Below, piece after piece: positions 25,201-38,188 of a stretch of DNA of 64,000 nt. This DNA is from Takakia lepidozioides (Eukaryota; Plantae; Bryophyta), in assembly GCA_030704615.1 (NCBI GenBank), contig CM060731.1:24862001-24926000 (forward strand), written 5' to 3'. The position numbers and the translations under genes were made by a program. Each line of letters starts with the position of its first letter. The stretch's first letter is position 1. Under the pieces are notes generated by a model, which saw nothing but the letters and a program-made list of their open reading frames with translations, was not told the origin of the DNA and ran no database searches.

Positions 25201-27916
25201 GCAACCATGGCAGGCAACTCCGCCGTACCATGCATGTCATCATGCTCTGCTGGAGGTGGCACATCCTCTGCATGGGCATTGCCCTCCAGCCATTCTCCAG
25301 GCCAACTAACTGCAGCTGTGAAGGCTGCTAGTGTTGGCATCTTGCCCCGTTGGGCAGCAGCAACATCCCCAATGAACGTCATAGGGAGCTGTACACGACA
25401 ACCATCCCCTAATTGCCATCCAGGCCTGTAGGATGCTGACTCCTCCCAAAAATCCAGGGTGAAGCCCATGGGATACAACACTGCCCCACCAACGAGAACA
25501 TCGTAAGAGACCGCGTCTGTCACAATGGCCTTGGCTCGCATCACTGAGCCATCTATAGGATGATCCGGCTGTAGTCTAATGGCCAACTCACGCCGTGTCA
25601 TGCCCCGAGCTTGCTCTGATCCTCCCAGAGATGTCTGTATCTGGAAGGGACAAGGCTCCATATCCGCCTCCATGAGGCCCAAACCTACAATAGCGGCTTT
25701 GCCCAACATCAGTGGCTGAGCTCCCGAGTTCAACAAGACCCGCAGTGGCCGGTACCTCTTGCCTGCCGGTCCATTCAAAGAGAAAATGCCATCCTGGTTG
25801 TCTAATAAGACAACTCCAAGTGTCACCATGGCACGCTCAAAGGCTGGCCTAGCTGGCAGTTCCGTCAACTTGGCAGCTACAGCTTGCCATGGCACAGCCG
25901 TGGCAGTCTTGACCCTCAAATCTGAGGATCCCTCTGCCACTACACCTTCCACTAACTCCGCAGAAGATGAAGTGACCTCCCCACTCTCACAGAGTGTTGA
26001 TGCTAGTCTGAACACTACAGCTGGTTTTAACCCCGGCGTCGCAATCATGGTTGCCGAGAACAGTGGGGCCTGACACACAGAGGTAGCCGCCCCCAACAAC
26101 ACACTGGCTGCACTAGCCTTGGCAGCAGGTGTTAGTGCTGCACATGTAACTCTTCCCAATGGCACAATAACCTCCGCCTCGGTATCCGTGGGGCGAGAAT
26201 TAGGTGCCATGGATGTCGTCAACACTGTCTCCGCCAAGATGAACGATTGAGGCAACCTAGCCTGACGGCTTGCCTCCCCACGTTGTGAATCCAACTCCAC
26301 CTCTGCACCTCGTGGCTCAGGAATTCGTGCTGCTCCTCGAGTGACGGCTGCAGCAGACTCCACCTGCACTAGTGGTAGTGCTGCCCCACACATAAATCCC
26401 ATGCCTCCCTTGTCTCCTCCGTCAGGATGACGCTGCTGAGGAGGAACAGGAGGTGGACCCTCAGGTCTTGGAGCTGGTACCACCTGAGCTGTGGCCATGG
26501 CAGCGAGCCTTTGCTCTAGCTGCTGAAGCCGATTGGCCATACCTTGGTCAACGCCCTGACCTCCACGTACTTGGCCATACTGTGCTTGCCCTCGTCTTGC
26601 ACCTCGTCCTCTCTGAGGGCTCCACCTCGCCCTCGGCCACCATTGTTCTTCCCTTGGAACTAGCCTCGCCGCAACTCAGGGTTTGCAAGTCATAACACTG
26701 GGCATCTTCATGCTCATACTTGCCACAATGCCCACACTGCAACTGTGCAGAAGTGTGGTGCCCGGCCCTTTGCCACTTTCTGGGCAATCTTTCTTGACAT
26801 GGGTCCCTCCACATGTCCAACATACCACCCCAGGTTGTTGTTGGCCTGTAAAAGAAGCTACTGGCCTCTGCACCTGAGGTCCCCTTTAAGCTCCATGGGA
26901 TTTGGGTTGGGCAACCTTGCCCCCCTGACCACGCTGTTGGGCAGTCCCTTGTACCTATTGGCTGGCAGCTGCGCCTTGTGCAGGCATGTCCTTGCTAAAT
27001 CCAATGGTAACAACTCGCTCCTCCACCATGTTGAGCTCAATCCGCTCAACTAGCAGAAACACATCCGATAATGTGGGTTGGGCCGCTTGTAACATGGTTG
27101 CATCCCGCACCCTTCTCCTGAGCTCCTTGTCCAAAATTCCATACCAGAACTGGATTGCCTGAGCCCTTGGGTCACACTTATCAAGCGCCTCATACGAGTG
27201 TAGGCCTCTTGCAAGCTCTCACTGGATTTGCGCTGTAAGTCTTGCAAACTTCGCAGCTTCTCTGTCCGTACACCTTGGTAGTTCCTCCGCAACTCCTGGA
27301 AGAACTCCACCACCGAGTTGAATCTAGGCACATGTGTTGTAGTCGTGGCAGGAGGAGTAGTAGCACCTTTTGAACTGGTACCACCTGCAGAAGTACCGTC
27401 ACTACTTGTTCCACTACTAGTGCTTGTAGTTGGAGATGTTTGTGTAGCTGATGGTGTCACCGCTGCCCTTGTGCCTCTAGTGATTGAGACATAGTTAGGT
27501 GACCAATACTCTCGCCACTCCTCAATCTCCACCGCATGTCCCCGCCTAAATTCATGGTAATCATCCATGGGTGGCCCCTCAAGGTGTTGGAATAGCCCCT
27601 TCCATGCCATAAAGGGCGTAAACAGTTGTGGATTGCGCATTTGCTGCAAATCACACCAACTGTCAAACTCTTGTATAAAGTCATCAAGCTCGATGGTGCC
27701 CACAGCTCCAGAGTACCTACGTGGCCCCTTGGTAGCTCCATACATCTCCTCCATCATGTCCCACAACAATGGCATCGGAAATGACTTGCACCCTCGGCGA
27801 GAATCCTCCTGACTCCGAGTTTGAACCTTCCTCAGAAGACACTGAACGTGAAAGTGGCCTAAACCGCACACCTCGTCTTCTGTACCCACTAGTATCGCTG
27901 GTGCTTGTACCGGCAC
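22284..27916 (-). pseudogene. Gypsy gag-pol, frameshifted
   Basis: Zinc knuckles CWTCGGTHVKKDC and CGHCGKYEHEDAQC; protease VLLNSGA; RT LPFGLKNAP..YIDD; RNase H TDWS..TDHQPL; integrase WSLDFAGPL, TDQGREF, GLAERVV; C-terminal PHD ..LCG..MLVCDK..RGWHMGCLTPPL..VP.GEWLCPQC. Confidence 0.9.
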
Positions 27917-28959
27917 TTCCCTCAGCAGCTGATGGCACCTCCGTGATGAAAACTCACAACCACACCTGACCTGCCTCTAATCCCCCTTTCCACAAGGTAA
28001 CCGGGTAGAGAACTTGTTGCAGCTTATGGCTTAGACTACTAGGTTCGTAACATAAACCTTCACCTGCATCCACTGCAAGCACTCATATGGTCTGCTGGTC
28101 ATCAATTCAGTCTCACCATAAGAGAAACAATGATGGTCTGACTGGTCATCACCCCAGCCTCACCACCGACAGCATGCTCTAGGATTGGCCGGTGATCAAA
28201 TCCGGACCAACCTCCTATGAAAACAAGCGCCCACACAAAACTGACATGGCGCACAGTCAAGCATGCAGGTGTGGGGGGGATCCAAATACAAGAAAATCAA
28301 GACAGTAACTCCCTCACACCAAAAAAAACACTCCACAGTGTCGCTCCTGCAAGGACACCCCAGCCCAAACCCGGACTGACTCTTGCCTCCACCTACGGAA
28401 AGGTTTTGGCCTACAGAGAAGGTGGAAGACCACGGGGAAGAGAGACTAAAGCAATTCCTAATCCCAAAATGCTCTCATCCCACTAGTCTCCCCCTATCTC
28501 TAAACGCTCTTGCTTATGACCAACAGACAGAACTACCTTCCAGGGTCTCTCAAACAACTCTCCAAGAGCCCTCAAGATGTCTCTCAAACAATCTCACTAA
28601 GGCCCCAAAAGCCTGTATTATTGGACTCCAAATAGTCCAACAAGGCCCCAAGAGCCTACCAAATCTTGGCCCTCAAGGACCCCAAATAGTCCTTCAGACA
28701 AGTCGCCAAAGACTCCTTAAGCTCGCCAAATATTAGCCTCCAAAGACCCCAAAATAGTCCTCCAAATAGCCCTCCAAATGCTCCAAATGTTTGCCAAATA
28801 TTGGTCTTCAAGGACCCCCAATAGTCCTCCAAACAGTCCTCCAAACACACCTTCAAGAGCTCTTCAAGTGTCTTACAGAAGCTCCTCAAAGGACCCCCCA
28901 AAGATCCTCCAAAGGCAATACTCCTCCAGATACACCCTAGATGTCATACATTTTTAATG

Positions 28960-29175
28960 AAAACGTATGGCAGGCAAAGTCTCTCAGCTTGTATCCATAC
29001 ACTGTTCACAAAAGTGTATGGTGGGGCAGAGGGAGCCCATACACTGTTCACAAAAACGTATGTTGGGCAGAGGGGGCCCATACTCTTTTCACAAAAGGGT
29101 ATGTTGGGCAGAGGGGTTCCATACACTGTTCACAAAAGTGTATGATGGGCAGATGGAGCCCATACACAGTTTCTT
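28960..29175. repeat. ~41-42-bp tandem repeats in the Gypsy 5' leader
   Basis: Four to five copies of ccatacactgttcacaaaagtgtatg.tgggcagaggg.gc. Confidence 0.85.
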
Positions 29176-30893
29176 GAAGAGTATGGAGACTAGGGTTTGT
29201 AGAGTATAGTAAGACACCTTCTTCATGGTATCTTCCCCCTAACATGCATGCAAGATTGCATTATCTTACTTTGCAATGCATTCATCCCAAATTGACAAGT
29301 TCCTCTTGATCTCCTTGGAACTCATAGCAAGCTAATGTGCCCAATGACAAGCGCCAAGCCTTGCTTGAATTTGAATTTTGTATGCCATCTTCCATGTGCT
29401 TTCCCTTGCATGGGCTAGTTACACACACTTCCATCTCTTGACCTAGGTGTTCTCTTCATTCATCATAATGTGTATCAACCTCTATTCAAGAGCTCATCTT
29501 CTCAACACTTGAAGTCACAAGCCCTAACAGAGCATGCTCCACATAAGCATCACTTGCTTGATCAACCATCCACCACAAAACTTAAGCAAAATGGGAATGA
29601 ATACATGAGCTTCACCTTCCCCTTCCTTGTCTTGTCACATGCTAATGTATGGTTGAAGTTGCTATGCATGCCGTGAGCCACAATCTCCTTTCTACATGAA
29701 GACCACCTCCAATGATTTCCCACATGTGCTCCAAGCTCTTCAATACTCTAGGCTTGGTTTCACATCATCATGGATCTCACCCACATGCTTCCCTTTGGAG
29801 TCATCTTGAGCTTCTTGATGCTCTCCAAGTGGTTGCTTTTGTTGTCTTCAAGCCCTAGCCTATGTAGCTCCTTGGCTTTTCTTCCACAACATGCACCACC
29901 TCATACACAAGGAATGAACTTGCTCACTTCACCTTCTAGCTCTCCTCAAGCTTGAATTGGAAGCCACACTTGGAAAGCATGCCCCACACATGCGCCACTT
30001 GCTTGGTCAACCACTTGCTTCACCAAGAGCAATCCAAGAACTCATAGAACTAGCAAAAGCACTCCCTTCTAGCCGCCTTTGCTTGCTTGTTTGTCAACCA
30101 AATAAAACCCTACTTGGCTTCATTTCACCATGGATAGAACAACCACTTCTTAGCTTCTCTTGAGCTACTCAATGCTCCTCAAGCTACCCTTGTTGTACTC
30201 TTTCTATTCCAACCCAAGCATGTGCGGCTCTTTGGCTTCTCTTTCACACCATGAACAAACTAGAGCTTGCTCTTGAAACCTAGTGTCTATCTTCTCCCAC
30301 ACACAAGACGCTTCTCTTGTGATGCAAGAGCTCTTTTCAAAAGCTCTCCACCTCTATAGAGCAAAGTAATGCTTCTCAAACCCTAACATCCTTGTTCTCC
30401 ATGCCACAAGGATTTTCCTTTGCAAAACCTGCAACACCTTGCAACACAAGAGCTCTTTACCAAGCTCTCTCCAACACACAAGTGCTAAACTAACCCTTAC
30501 ACTCCGCACTCACAAGCATAAGGAGATCTTCTTGTAGTGATAATGGAAGTGAACACACAATGGAAACACTCCACTCATGAATCCACTCAATCACATAAAC
30601 TAAGTCAAGCCAAGGGCACCTTTGCTAAAGGAATCCACCCTACAAAGCCCTCACCACACTCCCTCTCAATACCTAGAGCTATGGAGGTGGGAGAGGCTCA
30701 TGGAGGCTCAACTACAAGAAGATGAGCCCTCCTCAACACTCACAAGGGAAAAACCCATCCCCGTGTCCCAAGTGAGGTTTGACACCTCACTTGGCATGTG
30801 AGACCAAATGAAGTCCCAACACACAAAATACAAATATAAATATCCAAAATGTCTTAGTTAACTAGAAGTAGGTAATTCTAGTTAACCATGACA

Positions 30894-31870
30894 CAAGCAA
30901 CATCCAAAGGTTGCAATGCATGAGAGGTATTCAGGGGTATCACAATAAGATCAAGACCCATAGCAACAGCTTTTGTGATCGCATCTAGACTGACGTGAGA
31001 TCCATGACCGTCAAGGAACAAAAAGATAGCAATTATCAAGACTTACACCTCCTGGAACAAATCGTTTGAAATGTTGCAACCACCGTGAGAACAATGTAGC
31101 CGTCATCCAAGCTTTTTTTTGCATCGCCATGCCTGCATTCGGCTCACAAAAACGCACGTAGTCTTCCATTAAACGTTCTCCTTTGAAAATATAGAAGTTC
31201 GGAATATAAGTGCCGATTGCACTCACACACGCCAAGCACGTTAGCCACTCACGGTTCTCTGGAAGTGTAGTGTAGACTGCACGAGATCCTCGCAATGCTA
31301 GAACTTTTATCCCGCTTGTCCTCCCTGCCATGCACCCAGTCTCATCACAATTGTGAATATTCTGGGGTGGATATGCATGAGCTGCATATGTAGTTGCCAA
31401 CAATTTGTAAAAGTTGTCGATTTTTCTCTCACGACAGCTAGAGCTCGACTTCTCTCCAAACCCTGGCCTGCTCGAAAGACAACTTGTGGATGTCTTTTGT
31501 GGAAGCCCCTCCACCAATGTTTGCCGGGCAAACCGTTAAGGAATGGAGTTCCTCTTATTCGAGCAGTTTCTGCTGCCTTTGATCGCAACACATCAATTGT
31601 AATACACTAACCGAGCCTCTGCATTTCAAGAACCCATGAAACTAGTGCATTTTCGTCTCTCACACCCAATTGAGGACTAGCTCCTTTTTTCTTGCTAGTA
31701 GTTTTTTTTATTCAACCAACCTTTGACGCTAGATTCAGGTATACCGTGTTTTATTCCTGCTTTTCGAATAAATAATCCATGTTCACGAATATCTACTATG
31801 GTAGCCTGTACACACTCCACTGTCCAAAGACCCGTAGTTGGTGTGTTCTTGGTGCCGCACATTTTCTACG
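30894..31870 (-). mobile_element. pogo/DDE_1 transposase 5' part (psq HTH, CENP-B HTH, DDE_1), degenerate
   Basis: IRKAGIKHGIPESS; PGKHWWRGFHKRHP; NCDETG; REWLTCLACVSA.G..IP...IFKG; AWMT; DGHGSH; NTSHALQPLDV. Confidence 0.88.
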
Positions 31871-33389
31871 AGCTTTCCCTGTCTATGCACAATTGTCCGT
31901 ATTGATAGGCTCTTCACCAATTCCTGATGCTCTTGCTTTAGGTCCCAATATTCTCATAGTAGTACGAGCTGCGTGTGGAATCATTATGCCTACAATGGTG
32001 TCTATGACTCTTCTCTTGCTGTGAGTACTAGAAGCCATGCTCAAATAATACTACTAAGAGCTATAATTTGTTATGTCACACATTGTCTATTCTAGTGTTA
32101 AGAATCCTTCATCTGAAACCTCAATGTACTGGAGCCACATACACTCATTCCCATGTTTGATCAAATCTCCATTTGGACATTGACAAATACGTGCCTTCTT
32201 AGTGCATCAATATAGACAATTTCCCTTTCAGCTTCAATTCACAAACAAAATGCGCAGTGTAAATGTACTGACCATCTGGTTGTATTATCATGCAATCTAC
32301 ACACCAACAAAAGTACTTGGCTCATGCCATCTTCACTGTGCATCGTGTTGTATGAAACATGTCTCCTCTAGCTTTCTTTGAAAGGATGATCATCTCTCAA
32401 GTGGATGGCGGGCTTTTCCATAGTAGCAGCGTAGCAGACTGTTCAAATTTTGAAAGAGTGAGAATCTGGCGTTAGTTGGGAATACAGATTCTGGGCGGGC
32501 GGGCTGAAATTTCAAGGATCAGGATGCTATGAAATACTTCATACCAAAATCTGCGGCTGGGGATTGTGATCCATGTGCAATTGTAATAGCCAATGAAAGC
32601 TATAGAGGCGTTGATCACTACAAGAGATGAGCGTTTTTAGGACTACGGATTTGGCGGAGTCATAAAAACGGCACTAGGTATACGACTACAGAGCGCTGAA
32701 ATGCGTTGCAGTCATAGTTTTATCACTTTGTAGTAATGAATATCACTACATGACTCCGGAAAGTTAGGGAGCATTGGTCAAACATTGTTGACCATGATGA
32801 CAGGGATGGTTTTATGACTAGTGTGATATGTTTGACTACACGTGGACGACGTTTCATGGAATCTTGTGACTCCATGACTGAAGATGGTTTTACAGCTCTA
32901 TTTATACGACTACATCCCTACACGTGTCATTTTGAAAGCACATACACGAATGTATTCATCCATTGGATGAGTTTATCCATCGATGACATGGCGTGTATAC
33001 TTATGAGTCCCTTACTGCAAATTGTTTCATAACTCTATATATATGACTACATCACTATACGTGTCATTTAAAAGGGATACACATTAATGAATTCATCCAA
33101 TGGATGGGTTCATCCATCCGCCTATACGGTGTGTCGATTTGATATATGTTCAATAAATTGGACCTGGATGGACGTGGCTTAACAAACATCGCAAGATATA
33201 TGAGATTAAAATACGCAATGGTCATGGTTGTACAAGGTTAGATCATGTGATGGAAATTATTTTGAATGGTTAGATTTTATAGGATCTAACGGTCTAGATT
33301 GTTTAAGATCTAACATTTTTGAAATTACACCGCCGAAACTTTACACCGGGCTGGGACTTAGGCTTTGTCTCCTGCGTTTCACCATCTAT

Positions 33390-34840
33390 TTGATGTTGTG
33401 TCATGGAACGCGACGATCGCAGGATATGCAGGGGCGTGAGATGGAGGCTTTGCAGCTTCCTACTCTTGAGCAAATGTTGCAGGAAGGAGAAGAGGAGGAA
33501 GAGAGGAGACGAGGAGAAGATCCCAACATTCTTGCGAGCTCGCCGTTCTTGGGAGAGTCAGCTTGGTCTTAGCAAGCCGTGTTTCAATCTCTACCTGCTC
33601 AGCTGCACCGTGGTGGTTCGATCTCATATACCAATCCGACATTACCTGACTACAGATACAAGCAGCACACACAAGAGGTCCTTTTGGGTTGATGGTCGGT
33701 CAAATCCTCCATGGGTCATGACACAAGGTAAAGGACAATGTGGTGATGATACCTTCTTCTCCAACCTATCTCAGCCTGTTTTGCCCTCTCATCAGACTCG
33801 GCCCTGAGATGCATATTGAATTTTGTAAATTAGCTCGTTGGGTGGATTTGTGGTTGTTTAGAGTGACTTTGACAAGTTGTTGCTGATGTGGCAGCATGAA
33901 AGTATCCAAAAACAGGTAACGGAGATGATGAGAGAAGCTTTGGAATGAACACTTTTCCGACCCCAGTCAATGGCGGGACAATGGAGACAAAAAGGTGAGT
34001 GCATGTTGGACTACACTAGAGAGAAGTAGATGCAATTTAGAATTAGAACTACTGTAATAATTAGGGTTGGGGATTGCTGGAAGAACTTCACGGCGTCAGT
34101 GTCAGCTGCTAGCAGCAAGTATTCATGATTTGTACACAGACATGGATAGCTGAAGGACCAGGGATAAAGGTCCAGGTTCATCCAAGAGGGCCAGATTTCA
34201 AACACAAGATTACGTTGGTTGAGTGAACCTGGGATAGTTTGGAGTGACTTTGACATGATACTGCCAATGTGACAACAGGAAAGTATCCAAAAGAGGTAAC
34301 AGAGATGAGGAGAAGCTATGGAATGAATACTTTTCTGACCCCAGTCAATGGTGGGACAACCGAGGCAAAAATGTGAATGCCTGTCAGATTACCAGATGTC
34401 ATTTTGAACACTGCCCCTGCCTGGGTGGACATGTATGTCAAATGTGGGTGCATCAAGGATGCAAAGGGAGTGTTCAACACTATGGCTGAACGAGATGTGG
34501 TGTCATGGAGTGCAATGTTTGCAGGGTATGCACAGCATGGGTGTGGGATGGAGGCTTTGGAGACCTATGAGCAAATTATGAGGGAAGGGGTACTGAAGCC
34601 CGACCACATAACGTGTGTGTGTGTTTGCAATGCGTGTGCAAGCCTCGCAGCCCTGGAAAAGGGCAAAAGGTCCATGGTTGCATCGTCAAAGCTACAAATG
34701 TATCAGATGTCATTCTGAACACTCCCCTGGTGGACAATATGTATGCCAAATGTAGGTGTGTAGCAAGGATGCAAAGGAGTAGTACTGTTCAACAACATGG
34801 CTGAACAAGATGTGGTGTCTTGGAGTACCATGATGACCAC
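33390..34840 (+). pseudogene. Captured PPR and OSB-PDF motif fragments
   Basis: DVVSWNATIAGYA (~33390); FWVDGRSNPPWV (~33680); KLWNEHFSDPSQWRDNGDKK|intron|VHPRGPDFKHKIT; EKLWNEYFSDPSQWWDNRGK; MYVKCGCIKDAKGVFNTMAERDVVSWSAMFAGYAQHG. Confidence 0.75.
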
Positions 34841-35252
34841 CTATCAGCCAGTATGTATCCTATACAGAACACCTTCATCTTTGCACGTTTTCATGTTGGC
34901 TTTTTTTGTTTGATTCATATTTGGATTTTGTTTCTATTCACTATTCATGTTTGCTCATTGCTTTCCTGGTTGTTCTCTGGTCTGTGACACAGGAACTTGT
35001 GAGAAACAAAGGTGATATTGTCGACAAGCCGGTACAAACTAGGGGCAAGAGTGTCGACCCGGTGAGTAGCCCCCCAAAAGAGGTCTCACAACCACTGGAG
35101 ACTGCAAATGGAGTAAGTCCAGGCCCCTTGTCTTGTTGTTTATTTTTTCCAACCTTGGGGCTCTCTTTAATTCGCAAATGTTGAGTGTCCTAGTCGTGTG
35201 TATGTCATGGGTTTTCACATCGTGTTCTTTTTTGTGTGGAGTTGGGATCACA

Positions 35253-35535
35253 GTTCAGGGTGGGTGACGAGGTTCGGCTGTTGGATGTGAACTCCAAACG
35301 CAAGAAATGTGGAGTAGGGCTGATTGTTGCTCTTCAAGGTGCTGTAGTGGGTTACGGGTACCCTGCTGTGCCCCTTGATTATGCCTGTGTGTACATCAAA
35401 GAAGCATGTGTCAGTAACACCCCTCTACCATATGTGAATGGTGTTACGAAACATACCAAGTTGGGGCAGGTGGTTGGCCAGACAACACTTTGGAGTCTAA
35501 AGTTACTGAAACTTATGGAGCTGCGGAAGGGATAG
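35253..35535 (+). pseudogene. CACTA TnpA/Tnp1-like C-terminal domain exon
   Basis: FRVGDEVRLLD..GVGLIV..VPLDYACVYI...NTPLPY....KLGQVVGQTTLW resembles the CACTA ORF2 C-terminal domain (recognised by eye). Confidence 0.55.
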
Positions 35536-38188
35536 TCAGTATTGCACTGTTTAACAGAGTTCTTGATTCTAATAGCACTAGAACATACTAGCTACAACAA
35601 TTCAGCCCATGTGTGGGCTTGCTTGTTTTTTGCTGGGCCTTTTGAGGCATGGATTTTTTGACCTTGTGGCTTTTGAGGTGTAACCCATTTTCTTGGTGGT
35701 TATTGGGGATGTTTTAAACACAATGTTACCAAATGCCACATTGTTTACGTGCCCTGATCTTGGTCTCATTTGGATTTTTGTAATGTGATTTATAGGGCTT
35801 GTATTGCCCTGTAGTTGACTATTTTCATTCTCCTTGTGGTTGATAGTATACAGGAGGGATCCATTCTGTTTTCATGTTGGAATTTCACCATGTAATGAAG
35901 AATTTAAATCATTTAATTCACTTTTATTTTAAATAATAATATTAAAAATAATACCATTAAAAAAAAAATCCAAGGCTGCAATCTCCCTGTTCTTTTAAAT
36001 ATTAAATGAAAAATGAAAAATAAAAAATAAACATTAAAAATATAAACTATTTCGGAAAACAATCTTGATGACACGTGGCATCACTCTTGCTCAAACCAGA
36101 ACACATGGCAGTATATGACACGACATTCTTTATAAATATTTTCACCACGTGTAAAGATCCGTAGTCATATATGCTAGTCATATATTTTGTCTATGTGCCA
36201 CATGTCACATCTCAAGTGCAACAGGTGTCCCGCTAACAACTCTCCATGTAGACATCCCTGTAGTCATATGAGCGAGTCATGTAGTCACCACGTGTGAAAT
36301 CTGCCATAGCACTCAGTAGTCCAAAGCTTGTACATCCTACATCTTTATCAAATAATGTCTTTTATTGTTGTCTACGTGCCTAGATTGCAACATGTTGTGG
36401 ATGAGTATATAGATGTGGGAATGTTTCCAATGACATCACAACGTTATCATTGATCATTGACAACGGTATATTTGACCCCATGGACCTAACTTGTCACTTC
36501 CAATATTTGTCTCAAGGCCAAATATTACATATACGGAAAGAATTTGATTCAAATTCACATATGGATGCTAATGACGAGACTGACATAGATGGACCAGCTT
36601 GAAAATTTATCAATGGAATGACTCGAACTACATTAAAAATACTTTGAGGCTCTACATAATAGGAATCCCTATGCATGAAAAAAAAAGGAAAAAAAAGGAT
36701 ATTTTCGAGAAAATTCTTCCCATTAGAAGATTTGGATCGATCATATTATGGATTCAGTCACAAATGTTTTCTCAAGAAGCTCGACAATGGATGGTACCAT
36801 GCTATTTGCACTGTCTGTCACCCTCAAGTCCCCATCAGTACATTCAATCCGCTTGACGTCACTGGATAGATCGTAGGGAGATCAATAATGCCGCAGGAAA
36901 GCTCAACAAAGTTATCATACACCATTGATAACAATGTATAGTTCACTAGACATTTGGAGGATTAGAATTGGCTGGAAAATCTGCACGGAAACAACCAAGA
37001 AGAGCAAACAACTCGAAACAGATTCACAATAAACAAAAAGACTACCATAACTTCAGGGTGTTGTAAGTTAAAACATGGAATGGTAATGAGCATGAGAAAG
37101 ATTTATTTCATTCGGTATGGAAATATTTGAAATATACAATGTCTACTTTCTTGAATCAAGATTCAAGATCATTGTCCAAATTTTTTGCAAACAGATCACA
37201 AAAACCTACTTGTGCTCTTCTTGAAATCACCTACAATCTAAACAGCAACAGCAACAAATGATGTTGCCTACTGATGAGCAGTTGAGTTGCATCTTCTCAT
37301 ATACTATTCAAGATCCATAATAGCTCATCTTCCTGCACCATCACCAAAAACAATGACCCCAGAGTTTTGCCTAGTACTAGAATTTGGAGATCTAACACAC
37401 TTGAGCGATTTATGGTCTCAACAAAAACATGTTTGATAAACAGAAAATAAGAATGTAACCGTTTGTAGAATTCAAGCTTCGAAACTCCAGTAGTGTTCAT
37501 CCTCTGAGTATTGACATCCACAAGAATGCGATTGAATGCACGTTGGAATGTAGGACGTAGAATGTGAACAAGAAAAAAGTACGATAACTATCACCAGATT
37601 CCTTGCAAATCATCAATAAATTTTTTGCAAGCATCACTCGCATAGGCAAATCTTCAATCTCCACGATAACATCAAGATTCATGTGCGTCCTCTAGAGGTT
37701 AAACTTGTTGTAAAGAAGAATCTGACCAAATATATATAATATATTTTGAAATAATTTGTATATATATCCATTTTTGTCCTTTATAAGTGTAATATATATA
37801 TATTTTTAATAAAACATGCAACCTAGCAGCTTTTGGAGACTTAAAATATTAAGAAACTCTAAGTAATTCTGGCAAGAGAACAAGATTCCCTGTTGGAATG
37901 CGGTTATATTTATGGATGAACGTTTTCACGTTCGTTCGCTCGATTTCTCGTTCGTTCGGTGCCCTTCCCGCCTATGTTCTCTCGCACACGAACACGAAGG
38001 ATGAGGCAGGGCGAGTATGAGCGAAAGGTTTAGGAGCAAGACCGCTGAGTTCTGATTTTAGTCTAAAAAATCCCTGTAGTAAAGGTGTTTTTTTCTCCTA
38101 AAATGCTTGCGACATCTTAGTAGATCTTAGCAGACCTCCGACACTTTTGGATGACACGAGATCGACAGGGAGGGTGCAGCATAACACT

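Larger units (their letters stand above)
21486..30893 (-). mobile_element. Ty3/Gypsy retrotransposon (gag-PR-RT-RH-INT-PHD), degenerate, with split terminal repeats
   Basis: Termini TGTCATG...CACGACA on the - strand. TSD ACAAG (right copy overlaps the terminal A). Inserted in pogo QPLDVAC|YRPFK. PPT-like AGGGGGG at 22031-22037. Confidence 0.92.
32616..36330 (+). mobile_element. Non-autonomous CACTA (Pack-CACTA) carrying host gene fragments; right TIR not found
   Basis: Starts CACTACAAGAGA. GACTAC subterminal motifs cluster at the left and inverted GTAGTC motifs cluster at 36160-36320. Contains a TnpA-like exon. Confidence 0.7.

Noticed and set aside
30525-30540. CACTACAAGAA after repeat A as a CACTA insertion splitting the LTR
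   Set aside because: No matching opposite terminus and no resumed B sequence was found in 28000-30500.
28942-30893. A conventional ~1.95-kb 5' LTR (TGTCAT...ATGACA)
   Set aside because: Only ~355 bp of it is repeated at the other end and no PBS follows. It is kept as an alternative explanation only.
36340-37700. Degenerate transposase-like coding remnant
   Set aside because: It looks like decayed coding DNA but has no motif I can assign.
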